Origin: Octopus bimaculoides
Taxonomy: Eukaryota
Length of the DNA stretch: 64,000 bases
Assembly: GCF_001194135.2 (NCBI RefSeq)
Contig: NC_068988.1
Coordinates: 43,562,029-43,626,028, forward strand
Direction: 5' to 3'
The position numbers and the translations under genes are program-made. This document shows positions 38,326-51,415 of the stretch, piece after piece. The notes under the pieces are model-generated. The model ran no database searches and was not told where the DNA came from. It was given only the letters and a program-made list of their open reading frames with translations. The stretch's first letter is position 1; the number at the start of each line of letters is the position of its first letter.

Positions 38326-38811
38326 ATAGATTTGGCTACACTATATATTTAGGCATGCTCTGTATATATCTATACAGTGATGGTAATGTAAATCTTGCAT
38401 TGCCTATCTTGAATTATCCATTATCAATTAACAAGTACTTACAACACAACACATTTTCAGTATATTGCCTAACATCCTCTTTGTTAATCATAATACAATG
38501 CATTTATGGCATATTCATCTGAAAACGTTGTCTTTTCTTCCCATATAATTATTTCATAAGATAATGACATTAATTAAGAATTCCTTTCAAGCTCATCCTG
38601 TATCACTCTAGTAAACATTTACTTCGACTTTTAATAATTTTACACATTCAGAAGACGTTGCATTTTTATTTCGTTCATAAAGTCTTTATATTGTTGTAGT
38701 TGTTATTCTTGTTTAGATCCGTTTCATATGTAGTCGAGAAGACTTAAGATCAAAGAGTTCTAAACATGACCATTTCGACTTTGTTTCACTCACTATATAT
38801 AAATAGATCGT

Positions 38812-39199
38812 GGAGGCGCAATGGCCCAGTGGTTAGGGCAACGGACTTGCGGTTATAGGATCGCGGTTTCGATTCCCAGACCGGTCGCTGTGAGTGTTTA
38901 TTGAGCGAAAACACCTAAAGCTCCACGAGGATCCGGCAGGAGATGATGGCGAACCCTGCTGTACTCTTCCACCACAACTTTCTCTCACTCTTACTTCCTG
39001 TTTCTGTTGTGCCTGTAATTCAAAGGGCCAGCCTTGTCACACTGTGTCACGCTGAATATCCCCGAGAACTACGTTAAGGGTACACGTGTCTGTGGAGGGC
39101 TCAGCCACATGCACGCTAATTTCACGAGCAGGCTGTTCCGTTGATCGGATCAACTGGAACCCTCGACGTCGTAAGCGACGGAGTGCCAATGACGACGAC
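38812..39199 (+). mobile_element. tRNA-derived SINE family B1 (well preserved)
   Basis: ggaggcgcaatggcccagtggttagggca...gtttcgattccc...; collinear with 30415-30785; (GAC)-like tail. Confidence 0.9.
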
Positions 39200-39276
39200 A
39201 TAAATATACCACCGGATTATATTATCCAAATTTTTTCTAATTTTTAAGACAACAGAATGTAGTATGAGCAGAAAAG

Positions 39277-39317
39277 GTTATTATTATTATTGTTGTTGTT
39301 ATTATTATTATTATTAA

Positions 39318-39390
<73 letters not shown>

Positions 39391-39435
39391 GTTATTGTTA
39401 TTATTATTATTGTTATTGTTGTTGTCGTTGTTATC
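39277..39435. repeat. (ATT)n/(GTT)n microsatellite
   Basis: Directly visible. Confidence 0.95.
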
Positions 39436-41043
39436 ATTAAGATAAGTTTGTGAGACCGATCAAATGCTTCTTTTTCTAAACCTAATGTAACATTTCCATA
39501 TTTCAAACGTAATATGTAAACGTTTCTTTTGTTACATATTTAAAAACATGGCTACAAATATTAAAGGTTAACGAATGCTTTAGGAGCATAATCCAATAAC
39601 ATTTACAGTTCCCAGTATTGATATTTTCTGTAAAGTGTTTATATGAACTCCTTTAGGTGTCTTGTCAATATCTTTACCAAAATAATTGTGAATATATTCT
39701 ATTCCAGTGAATCCAAATAAAATATTTTACACATTTGTTAAATGTTATAATGTCTAATTTAACAGCTATGTCAGCGCGCTTCAACACAATGGTATACATA
39801 TTCATTATTATTGTGTTTATCATTAAAATCCGCAAGCAATTTTATCATGGCAAATGATTTAATGTATTGTATAGGCTGTGCGGTGGTCTATGACATATTT
39901 ACAACATGATTTCCTAAAACGTAAATGTTGAAAGAAAAATGGGTTGTGAGGGATAGAAAGAAAAATGGGTGGCAACGGATATAACGAGTAGTTTTGCTAT
40001 GTTACGCTTAAAAATAATTTTAGAGGGAGTTAATTCTGGGCACCGTAATACGATATAATAATTGTTTCATAAAATATATCTTGTGACAGCTGCTATTTAC
40101 ATTATAGAAAATGTAGATGCCACACTCAGTTATTTAGTGTCGATGGCCTGTCATCGAATCTCCAATGTTTTTACAGTATCCGGTTCAATATATTCATCTA
40201 AAATCAGAGTCAGCAGTTTTAAATTTCGGCAAAAATTTATAGTCTATTGATAACACCGACCAACAAGGTTTTGGCGTTTAGGAAATAGACATTATTCCTA
40301 TACAAAATCGGTCTTCTGAATCCAGCCATCAATAATTTTATCAATAACATTCATGAATCGATCCAATTCCCAATAGAAATGAATGAATAAGAAACTCCAT
40401 TTGCTAAGCATTTTGATAATTAAAGAAAACTATGATCATTAAAGTTTATCTCTGCTGCATCCCGAGTGAAATGCACAAAACAAATGGTGTCGAAAATGCT
40501 CAGTTTTGTCCACTTGACATTCCATTTTAATGATCTGAAAATACATAAAAAATCAATAAAATTAAAAACTCAAAACACTATCTTGTAGAGAAAAAATCAA
40601 TTCTCTTTTAAATAACATAAAACATTTTGCCAATGCATTTTATTTCTGCGGCCATTTTTAAATTTGAAAGAAAAAAAAACGCTCATGAATTATTCCTCAA
40701 CCCAATATTTTAAAATTCATTGAGTACACGAACTGAATTTAGTTTTTAGATATTTCTATTCTCTCTACTTCATACCGTTGAAACAAATCACTCAGGCGAC
40801 TGAATTTACTGCATAATCGCAGCCAGCCCAAAGTGATATTTTAAGCACAAAAGGAGGAAAATAAAAGACTTTATGAAATTGTTAGTTACATTGAAATGAC
40901 ATTGTTGCGTTGATATCTTTCTCAAGAACTTTGAACAATTAAGGTAGGTCGTTTGAATAGGATATAAAATTCTGTCGATTTTTTCTCCCATTTGTCTGAG
41001 CAATATGCATTTTTCAAAATAAAATATTTTAAATGACGCACAA

Positions 41044-41998
41044 CGGCGGCGAACTGAAAGAATCGTTAGCAAGTCGGACAAAATGTTAAGCGGCGTTTCT
41101 TCCGGTTCTTTATGTTCTGAGTTCATACACCACTGAGATCGATTTTACGTTTCATCCTTTCGGGTTTGATAAAGAACCAATCAAGTACCGCGATCAATCG
41201 AATCGATTTGTTTCCTTCACTCAAAATTCTCTGCTCTGAATCCTGCAGGGATTCAGGACAGAGAATTCAGGAAAATGTTGTGATCTAGATCCCTTATAAC
41301 ACATGGAAACCCGGTAAGTGGTCGTATGAGTTTCAAGGATCCAGAAAAATAGAAAAAAAATGCAAAAAGCAACAACGCATGTGACTAATAAGTTATTTAC
41401 CAAAAAATTGGTTCCTATTGCTTTGTTGAGGAAAATGTTTGAACACGGAGCAAACAGTAGGTTAGCTCCGTGTTCAAATCCTATCCAGGACGAACGCTTT
41501 ACATCGATAAAAGATATTCCAGATATTTTGGTTTCCAGTTTTGGCACAAGGTCAGCGATATTGGGGGAGTTGGTAAGTCGATTACATCAACCCCCAGTAC
41601 ATGACTGGTACTTATTTTATCGACCTCGAAAGAGTGAAAGGCAAAATCGAGTTCGGCGAAATTTGAACTCAGTACATGTAGGCGGACGAAATGCAGCTAA
41701 GCATTTTGTCCGGCGTGCTAACGATTCTGCCAGCTCGCTGCTTTAGCCACCTCTGAAATATTACATTTGCATCGTAATTATTTTTTCCAATTTTGGCACA
41801 AGACCAGCAGTTTTAGGTGGAGGGGTTTGTCGATTACATCGACCCCAGTGATCAACTGGTACTTATTTTATTGACCCCCCGAAAGGATGAAAAGCAAAGT
41901 CAACCGCGGCAGAATTTGAACTCAGAATGTAAAGAGCCAGAAGGAATTCCACTAAACATTTTGTCCGGCGTGGTAACAATTCTATCAGCTCGTCACCT
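41044..41998. mobile_element. Cluster of three SINE family C copies: 41044-41225 (+), 41535-41745 (-), 41790-41998 (-)
   Basis: Each carries the ggcgagctggcagaatcgttagc head and/or the cctttcatcctttcggggtcgataaa...taccag core. Confidence 0.85.
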
Positions 41999-42549
41999 TG
42001 ACCCACAAAGTAATTACGAAATGTTCATTAGCTAAATACGGTTCTTTTTCGTAAACAGGAATCAATTTATTTCACAATGACATTTATTGCTTGTCGTTTT
42101 TATTCATGTGACTGTACCATTTGTACTGTCGATTGATAGACAATAAATGCTTGAAGCGAACCGTCGAAAGCAAGAAAAAATCAGATGAAAAGTACCAAAG
42201 ACTTGAAGAAAATGACTTGTGTAGTGAACCAGTAACACAAAGAAACATAACAGAAACACACCAACAATTTTGAAGAAAAGAAATTATGAATTGTCAAATA
42301 ATAAAGAAATGACAAATAATTATGAAATGCAAATTTCTGTACTTTTTAGTTTTAGATTTCTCATTAACTTGACTGACAGCTAATTGATAATTTGATTAAA
42401 ACTTTTAATCAAAATGCTAGCTAAACGCCGAAAGCTAGATAATTCAGAACAAAGACAACAAAAGGCTTAAGAACACAATGTGTAAACCGAACCGAAGACA
42501 ACAAGAAGCACCAGAACAGAGTCGAAAAATTCTCGAAGAAAACAGTATG

Positions 42550-42793
42550 TACGTGGTCTGATCAATAAGTAGCCGGACTGTTGCCATGGTAACGAAGCTA
42601 AAATACGTTGCGTAAAGCCGTTTGGCACAGATTAACCTTGAACGCTGCTGTGCGTGTGTACTAAATTTGCAAGGTCCTAGCTCACTTTTGCTGTTTACAG
42701 CAGTGCTTGGAAGGAAGGTGTGTAGCGTGTGATTGTCACATTGACCATGATAGAGAAAGCTGAGCAGAGAATCTGCATCAAATCTTGCCAAAT
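42550..42793 (+). mobile_element. 5' fragment of a second mariner family (left TIR, leader, first transposase codons)
   Basis: TIR-like tacgtggtctgatcaataagtagccggact at 42550 resembles the 8264 TIR. MIEKAEQRICIKSCQ from ATG 42747 is a typical mariner N-terminus (E..QR..IKF). Confidence 0.75.
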
Positions 42794-42796
42794 TTT

Positions 42797-42985
42797 TACA
42801 GGTGCCAAGCTGTATCGGCCTTTGCCTTTCCCTTGGATAACACTGGTGGCGTTGAGAGGGGAGGCCGGTATGCATGGGCAATTGCTGGTCTTCCATAAAA
42901 CAACTTTGCCCGGACTTGTTACCCGGCGGGTAACTTTCTAGGTGCAATCACATGGTCAGTCATGACCGAAGGGGGTCTCAAGTCA
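42797..42985 (-). repeat. Interspersed repeat (probable LINE 5' UTR or SINE segment) abutting the mariner fragment
   Basis: GC-rich island (gagacccccttcggtcatga...ccaagggaaaggcaaaggccgatacagcttggcacc on the minus strand). Recalled as an abundant octopus repeat; unverified. Confidence 0.45.
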
Positions 42986-43849
42986 GTGATTGGAGGGTAT
43001 CTATTCAGATATCGAGGCACTTGATTGCTTGACAGTATAACACAAAACAACAAATCAACGATCCATTCCATTAGTGACGACTTCCTCAATGAAGAGAAGT
43101 ACATTGGCGTTTGGTAATCTGCAAATCCAAGAATATCCCAAAATAGAGTAGAACCTTCAATGTGGAGTAATATACTAATAAGACTGGTGAGTGGATTGTA
43201 TGGTCTCACAACAATGTTTCGTTAGGATATTTTATTATATAATGTCATATATTCAGTTATGTAAGACATGCAACATCCATGAGATTATGCATTATATTAT
43301 CTAATGAGCCCCAACTCACCAGGAAGGTATACGATGTTCGATATTTGATATGTCGCCAGAGCGGTAGTTTCAACAACATAATGATACTCAAAGCAAGAGC
43401 ACCAAAAGCTCATTGTAGATGTGGGCTCCAGAATAATTTACCAATAAGAAATTGCAGGTAGCGCAACTACTCTGTCGCAGAAAGAAAGATACACAAATGA
43501 AATCGTCAAGCGAGATTGGTGCGAGATAAAAAAAAATTGTAATGAAAGAAAAGTCGAATGGTATATTTTATCTTCAACTGCTTTCCAATCTACCAACTCA
43601 TCCCAGAATCAAAGAATAGCAGCACGAATTCCTTATCACAGAGACCGGCGCCAAATTTGTTACTGATCCCATCATTTCGTTGAAGAAACCGGCAAACGCA
43701 ATCATAAAGAGATGATGTACCAAATTCTATTTATTTTATTCTTTAGCGTTGTTATGATAGTGAGATGCACAAGTAGATAAGATTGACGCCATTTATTATG
43801 TACAAATGTCTACAGTTTAATTCGTCGCCGTCATCGTCATCATGTATCG

Positions 43850-44120
43850 TACGCCTGTAGCGCATTGATGACACAACAAACGAAAGTTTTTCCGATTAAG
43901 CGCGTGTTCTCCAGCTGCCTTGCCACTATTGTCCATCCAGCCCGTGGCATTGTCCATTCATTGCGTTCTTTACCTGCCACTTGATGTACTAGCCCTCTAC
44001 TCTTCTTTCCATGATGTTTTCCAGACCTTTGCTTCTTCGAATATAGCCATAATCGGTGGTGGACTGGCCAGGTTGTCAACTTGCCCGATGGCAAGTGGGG
44101 TCCCGTGCCATTAGAATCCA
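43850..44120 (-). mobile_element. 3' end of an RTE-clade LINE
   Basis: GKHHGKKSRGLVHQVAGKERNEWT...IVARQLENTRL resembles the GKR.RGRP...W.D....W RTE terminus. Confidence 0.55.
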
Positions 44121-44369
44121 TATACGGGGGCCCATGTTAGTATCTAAGGGGCTCATCTCCTCAGGGTTTGAGAATTTTTTTATTCACTCCTGGAACAATG
44201 CTTTAATTATTTCAACCTGGCTGTGTTTGTAGACAGTTGAAAAGAATACTTAAAAAACAAAACAATAAATGATGGCATTGTAGTTGCTGTTGGGACCCCT
44301 TTGTAGTTTCGGGTGGGCCTCCTTGTAGTTTCGGGTGGGCCCCCTTAGCCTCCTTGCAACCAATATTCT

Positions 44370-44895
44370 TAGACCCAGTCTTGTACTGGCCATAATAGAT
44401 GAGCTTTTATTCTTCACAATGTTCAGATGTCGTCTTTGATAAGAGACTCGTATCATTTTCTCAAACACTCATATTTCAAACTCCAGCCCTACATCCTTTG
44501 AGGATTTTGTAAGTAGGTCAAGGCTCTTTTTCATCTCATGCATATTCTTTGCATAAAGTTTTAAGTCATCCCCAAAGAAACAGTGTGTAATTTTGGTATT
44601 TCTGTTTCCTTGTGAACCAGTGAGATACCCTTCAGACTTCCTTAACACGAATGACAAGGGGTCTACAGACGGTATAAACAACATCACAAAGAGGCTGTCT
44701 CTTTGGAATATGCCTTTGTGATACTGTATTCTATCGGTGATAATACAGTCACTCTTTGCGTTTAGTTTGAAGATGGTGGCCCACGATGAAGTTAGTTCAG
44801 CTCTGCTTTGACTATTCTCACTAGAAATTAAGCAAGTTGAAGGGCTTCTAGCATCCATGAGTGGGGAACAGAGTCAAAGGCTTTCTTGTAGACTG
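44370..44895 (-). mobile_element. Reverse-transcriptase fragment of an R4/Dong-clade LINE
   Basis: YKKAFDSVPHSW at 44855-44892, KGIFQRDSL (GIFQGDSL motif) and THCFFGDDLKLYAKN...LDLL..SSKDVGLEF (HL.YMDDLKLY motif). Confidence 0.85.
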
Positions 44896-45032
44896 TATGT
44901 ATGTATGTATGTATGTATGTATGTATGTATGGATGTATGTAAGCATGCATTTATGTATGTATTTCAACGCATATGTATGCGTACGTGAGCATAAGTATGT
45001 ATATATGTGTGTGTGTTTGTATTTGTATTTGC

Positions 45033-45097
<65 letters not shown>

Positions 45098-45892
45098 ATA
45101 TATGCATGCATGTATATATATATATATATATATATGTGTGTATGTGTAGGTGTGTGATCATGTGTGTACGATTGGCTATGCTTCCTTAAATAGGTTTTAA
45201 ATTTGATCTGTAAATACACAATAGTCATCGTCGACGTAGTTCTCACATCACTGAATCTGAAGCAGTTTGACCTGGTGAACTTCATTAGTTTTGTAATGCT
45301 GTCGGATTAGATGAGTTAGATAATGTATATTTGATACTTTGATGGGGGAAGGAATAAAAAGAAGAGTATGAGATCTCCGAATTCATTGCACCTATGTGTG
45401 TGTGTGTGTGTGTGTGAGTGAGTATATATATATATATATANNNNNNNNNNNNNNNNNNNNNNNNNNNNNNNNNNNNNNNNNNNNNNNNNNNNNNNNNNNN
45501 NNNNNNNNNNNNNNNNNNNNNNNNNNNNNNNNNNNNNNNNNNNNNNNNNNNNNNNNNNNNNNNNNNNNNNNNNNNNNNNNNNNNNNNNNNNNNNNNNNNN
45601 NNNNNNNNNNNNNNNNNNNNNNNNNNNNNNNNNNNNNNNNNNNNNNNNNNNNNNNNNNNNNNNNNNNNNNNNNNNNNNNNNNNNNNNNNNNNNNNNNNNN
45701 NNNNNNNNNNNNNNNNNNNNNNNNNNNNNNNNNNNNNNNNNNNNNNNNNNNNNNNNATATATATATATATATATATATAGATACATGTATGTATGTGAGT
45801 ATTTTGTGTATATGCTTACATATACATATATAAATATGTGTATATATATTTATTTATGCACACATATATATATATACACGGGCATATATATG

Positions 45893-45927
<35 letters not shown>

Positions 45928-46521
45928 TTAATTGGTTAATAGACACAGGAGGTATGGCGTAGAGTAAGGTTTGATGCGACTAAGAATTTTTGATTGCAGT
46001 CAAAGTGAGCGCAATCAGCCATTTAATTTCCAAGAAGCCGAGGACGTTAAGATAATCTTATAAGATCATTATAAAAAACCCCGAACAAACTACAGGATAC
46101 ATTAAATGATGGTTAATTAAGGAGTGATGAATGTTGATCAGCATAGCTTTACTGTTTAACGCTAGGGATAGCTTGATTTCGATTGAGGCTAGCAGAAATA
46201 TAAAATGATGCGCCACCTACATGAGAAGTAAGAGAAAATATTCTTTTGGTTAGTAAAGACTGGCCTAAAAACTCTTCCAAGATAATTATGGTTTTTCCGA
46301 ATAAATACAAATGATTGCTTTTGAAGTTTTATTAAGCCATAATGAGTATTGCATACATACAACTTCATGGAGAGATTGCACAATTTTATAAATTCCGTCA
46401 TATGAAAAATGTTCATTACATAAATTTAATCCAGAGTCGTTTATGGAATGTATTTAATAGTTAGTGTTGCCTTTCTTGGAGTTGCATTTTGGTGATGATT
46501 ATTTGAGGTAAACACTTGTGT

Positions 46522-46778
46522 AAAGGCGCGCGTGGTATAGTGGTTAGGATATTTTTCCCACGATCATGAGTTCGATTTCCGGCGGCGCGTTGTGACCTTG
46601 AGCAAGACACTTTATTTCATGTTGCTGCGGTTCACTCAACTGGCAAAAAACGAGTTGTACCTGTAATTCAAAAGGGCAAGCTTTGTCACATTTTACCTCA
46701 CGTTGAATCTACCTGAGACACGCGTATCTGTGGAATGCTCAGGAACTTACACGTAAATTTCACGAGCAGGCTGTTCTG
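46522..46778 (+). mobile_element. SINE family B2 copy
   Basis: aaggcgcgcgtggtatagtggttagg...catgagttcgatttcc...ccttgagcaagacactttatttca...aatttcacgagcaggctgttc. Confidence 0.8.
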
Positions 46779-47153
46779 AAGTGGGCTGGCGGTCTTTTGT
46801 GGAGTATTTATTCTGCAAAGCTCTGGTTGGGATGGAGTCGCTGGTGCAGCAGAGGGGAGGGCTATAAATTGCATTACTAAATCTGCAGAGAAATCCATCT
46901 GGGTATGATGACAATCTCACTTCAGCATTGTTCGAAAAGAGATTCAAACGAATTCATCTTCGTAAGTTGGCCAATTCCCTGCATATAGATTGATATCGAC
47001 TTCGATTTGCGATAACTGCACCTCTCTTCACTTTAAAGTGCTTGTGTTATAGTAGCACTCAAAAGTCAGAAATACTTTTAAATGCCAACAGTATTTAAAA
47101 GTATTTCTGACAGCATGATGATGATGATGGTGATGACGATGATGATGATGATG

Positions 47154-47184
<31 letters not shown>

Positions 47185-48099
47185 AAATAATAATAATAAT
47201 AATAATAATAACAACAACAATAATAATGATAATAATAATAGTTTCTTTTATTATAACAATAATATCATAAGAAAAGTATTAAGTAGAGAGTATCCACTTG
47301 AATCACAAACAAATGTAAATTCAGAAGCCGTTTAAAATCAAGCCTTCTCAATGGTAATCCAAGGTAACAACAACATCATCAACAATAAAGAATTCTTTAA
47401 GTCCTTTAACAGAAATGTTATATTTAGTATTAAGTAGGAGTGAGGAATCATATGTTATACATGGCTCATTACATTTCCAACTCATTTCCGTACGTTGGCA
47501 TTTGAGTCATTCGCATATTTAATTAGCGTAAATAATTATGTTAGATTACATTAAGTCAATCCCTTACGAACAACATAGTCTTTTCGTTCGGTGTTTATAC
47601 TGAGTTACACTTGTATAAAAAAAAATGTGACCCAACTCTTGCAACTGGGGAAAGAACGCTTGCGGTTGGCAGGTTAACTTTTCCATTGGCAGAAATTTGA
47701 ACCCGGTACTGTACGCACTAACGAAACATTTATCGTTTTGATGAGTGAGCTTTTGGTTTACATAGGCCATTCACCTAACCCGGGGTGTATGGAGATGTGG
47801 GCTGGATAAAGGCGGGTAACATTTAGTGTGAAGGTAACTGAGTGAAAGAATCTCTCTTTCTCTGTCTTTGTCACTTACACATACAAATGTTAACAGTCAT
47901 TTAGACATACAAATATGTACATATACATATCACATCACATAATAGCGCACACGCGTATTTATACATACAAAATCACATACATATATACATACACCATTAT
48001 ATACACACAAATATCATATGTACATGCACACACAAATATCAATACTTTCATATACATATTCCATTATATACATATAATATCATACCTGCATTTCTGAAT

Positions 48100-48240
48100 G
48101 TATTCCTTTATCTTTCATCTGTTACTTGTTTCAGTTTATGACTGCAGCTATGTTGGGGCTCCACCTGGAAGAATTTTTTTCTTAGTCGACAGAATCGATC
48201 CTAGTATACTTTTCGAAACTTATTGGGTTCTAATCAGAAA
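48100..48240 (-). mobile_element. SINE family A tail fragment
   Basis: tttcatctgttacttgtttcagtttatgactgcagctatgttggggc...gtcgacagaatcgatcctagtatactt. Confidence 0.65.
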
Positions 48241-49583
48241 TGTCTACATCAATTTGACCAATCCTATTCATTTATACGTATGTAACAATAAGATGGCAAA
48301 GGTTCTGACGACGATAAAAAAAAGCTGCAGCATTCATTTCTTCGCAGGGTCCACCAGTGTAATAATATTCTGAGAAGTTGCGGGATTTTCTTATGACAGG
48401 GGTCACCAATTTAGCGATATATTTATTTCGCTTCTGATGGGAACAGAAAAAGAGTATGACACCGAGTGAGCGAACGGTAGAAAAGGAGATACATAAACCA
48501 AGGGAATCAGTTCATTAGTCTTTGTGAGATGTTATGTCCCAACAAGCCCAGTAGCCGTGAGTGTTGTAAATTCTAGCAATTAGATGCTTTATGCTGTGTT
48601 ATGACCACTGTCGTCATCATCACCATTATCGCCCTTATCATCGTCATTGTGGTCTGATGTAAATTCATGGAGCAGTTGGTCTTGGCTGAGCTGTAACCGT
48701 TAGCAGACATTTACATCTATATTTAGGAAATGGTCTACGAAAGAAAAACGGTGCCAAAGGCAAAATATTCATGGTATACAGTTTCTACCAAAGACTTGAG
48801 CGATCGCTTCTTTGTTGATATCATCAACCATTGACGGAATCTCGTTCGTGTTGTTTAGTTGGCTACGTTTGGATACAGTGATATCTCTCAGAAATTTGAC
48901 TGGTCAATTGTTTGTTGACTTCATTAATGTCTAACAAAATCATGATCGTGTCGATTAATTGTCATTACGCTCGAAGAGTGATTGTGGTTCGGTTCCCAGA
49001 CAGTGAGTTGTTATTTGGGACTCTGCTAATATTCCTGCTGCACATACAAATACATATACATTCACACTATCAACACAGTAAAAAAAAAATGCTGTAAAAG
49101 CGAGAGATGAAAATAGGAACAGACTGCAGCTAATATCACCAACATTGCTCTACTACCATTCAGACATAGAAGCTAAAGTGGTCGCTCGAGCTACAAGAAA
49201 TAGCAATCAAATACCCTAAAACTAAACTCTATCGTCTTAGAAAAGGATACATTGGAAAATTTTATCCTGAGTTGTCTGATGGGATGGTCAACCGATGGAA
49301 TGCCTTCGTTCATAAAGTTATTCGTCCGGGGCCAATACGAGGCTAGATAACAACACACATATCTATATATATAACCTATCCGACAGAGGTAGCTAGGACA
49401 TACACAACTCAAAAGCAAGCGCACGTTTCTAGATACTTTACTTACGTTCAGTAAACCATCATTGGACATGACAGCTTATTGACGAGAACAAGGAAAAACA
49501 CAAGCTCTCGTATTAAGTACTATGGATGATATTGCTAGAGTATAAATGCTGACGTGATAAACTATTATTCAATACTTGTCTGT

Positions 49584-49614
<31 letters not shown>

Positions 49615-49621
49615 ACACACA

Positions 49622-49665
<44 letters not shown>

Positions 49666-50051
49666 TATATTGATTGAGAGAGAGATAATATGATTGAAAT
49701 ACTACATAGCAGAACATTGGTAATGCATATGATAATGCAATCAGTTTTCTTAAGCCGTTCAGACTACAATCAAATGTCAACAATCTCCGACTTTGAATCA
49801 GGTATTTCAGACGCCATTATAAAAAGTCAAGTGGGCAATAAGTGCACCATATACTAACGATATATCATGAACTTTTTCGCAACAGTACTAAGAGCCGATA
49901 ATGTGCCAAATATTCAAAGCAGTCTTCTTAATCTGTCTCTCTCTCTCTCTCACTCTCTCACTCTCTCTCTCACTCTCTCCCTCTCACTCTCTCTCTCTCA
50001 CTCTCTCTCTCACTCTCTCTCTCTCTCACTCTCTCTCACTCTCTCTCTCTC

Positions 50052-50096
<45 letters not shown>

Positions 50097-50099
50097 GTA

Positions 50100-50700
50100 T
50101 ATATGAGTTAGAGGTTAGACAACCATCTAAGGGATAATAAATATCCAATATGTTACTGGAGGCTTATCTATTTATATCCAAATGCTTACTCTTGCAAGGC
50201 AATAGTACAATTGAATAATAGATATAAGTGGAGGTAAACAAAAGTTTATCCAGAATTTATAAGGCAAGGAAGAAAATGGAGAAAAGATTCAATTGACAAA
50301 CATCAGCAAGATCTATTTATAACAATCACAGGAATAAATAAATAAATGAATAAATAAATAAATAAATACAACTCTACTCTTACAGCTGTTTCTACTTTGG
50401 TGGTCCGGTATGCCAAAGTTGACACATCAAACAAAAATTATGCAAAAAAGATTATACAAAAAAATTAAACCCCAAAACTTCATCAGAGAGTCCATAATGG
50501 TAAGAAGTAAAAGAGTAAAAATGCAAAGTCCAAGGTTATAACCAGAAGTTGTGAGGTTTGTCCCCTCAACATCGCTTGACAACCGATGCTGGTGTGTTTA
50601 TGTCCCCATAAACTTCATCAGAGAGTCCATAGTGGTAAGAAGTAAAAAAGTAAAAAAATTAAAGTCCAAGGTTATATCCAGAAGTTGTGAGATCACATCT
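50100..50700 (-). mobile_element. Probable Penelope-like element terminal (pseudo-LTR) remnant
   Basis: Contains a minimal hammerhead motif with palindromic stem III and an 81-bp direct repeat, both typical of Penelope termini. No RT or GIY-YIG ORF seen. Boundaries are approximate. Confidence 0.5.
50376..50491 (-). ncRNA. Type I hammerhead-ribozyme-like motif
   Basis: The minus strand reads ACTCT-CTGATGA-(stem II region)-GAAA-CAGCTG-TA-AGAGT. Stem I is ACUCU/AGAGU, the core is CUGAUGA and GAAA, stem III is palindromic and the cleavage triplet is GUA. Stem II is enlarged and imperfect. Confidence 0.6.
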
Positions 50701-50800
50701 TATTTCAATTTGATGGAGGAGATAATATAGATAAACTAAAAATTATGCCTCACATATACATATATACATACCTTATACACACACATACATACATACACAC

Positions 50801-50862
<62 letters not shown>

Positions 50863-51120
50863 NNNNNNNNNNNNNNNNNNNNNNNNNNNNNNNNNNNNNN
50901 NNNNNNNNNNNNNNNNNNNNNNNNNNNNNNNNNNNNNNNNNNNNNNNNNNNNNNNNNNNNNNNNNNNNNNNNNNNNNNNNNNNNNNNNNNNNNNNNNNNN
51001 NNNNNNNNNNNNNNNNNNNNNNNNNNNNNNNNNNNNNNNNNNNNNNNNNNNNNNNNNNNNNNNNNNNNNNNNNNNNNNNNNNNNNNNNNNNNNNNNNNNN
51101 NNNNNNNNNNNNNNNNNNNN

Positions 51121-51168
<48 letters not shown>

Positions 51169-51234
51169 GTGTGTGTATGTGTGTGTCTGTGTGCGTGTAA
51201 GTATATATGTATTTGCGTGTGCGTATGTTTATGT

Positions 51235-51415
51235 GTTTGGTCACTTCTAATTGACAACCGGTGTTTGCTTTGTTTATGTCGCCGGTAAAAGAGACCGATA
51301 GAATACGTACCAGACTTTAAAAAATAAGTATTGGAGTCGATTTGTTCAGCTAAGATTTTCAGGGCTGTTCCCCAGCGTGGTCACAGTCCAGTAACTGAAA
51401 CAAGTAAGAGATGAA
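51235..51415 (+). mobile_element. SINE family A, 3' part
   Basis: ttgacaaccggtgt...aagagaccgatagaatacgtaccag...cccagcgtggtcacagtccagtaactgaaacaagtaagagat. Confidence 0.8.

Noticed and set aside
43000-43470. Possible LTR-retrotransposon integrase remnants
   Set aside because: Only vague resemblance (e.g. IILSNEPQL), on inconsistent strands, with no LTR or PBS.
47560-47830. Promoter-like patch (ATTGG, GC-box-like motifs)
   Set aside because: These short motifs are expected by chance, and no adjacent gene or first exon supports them.
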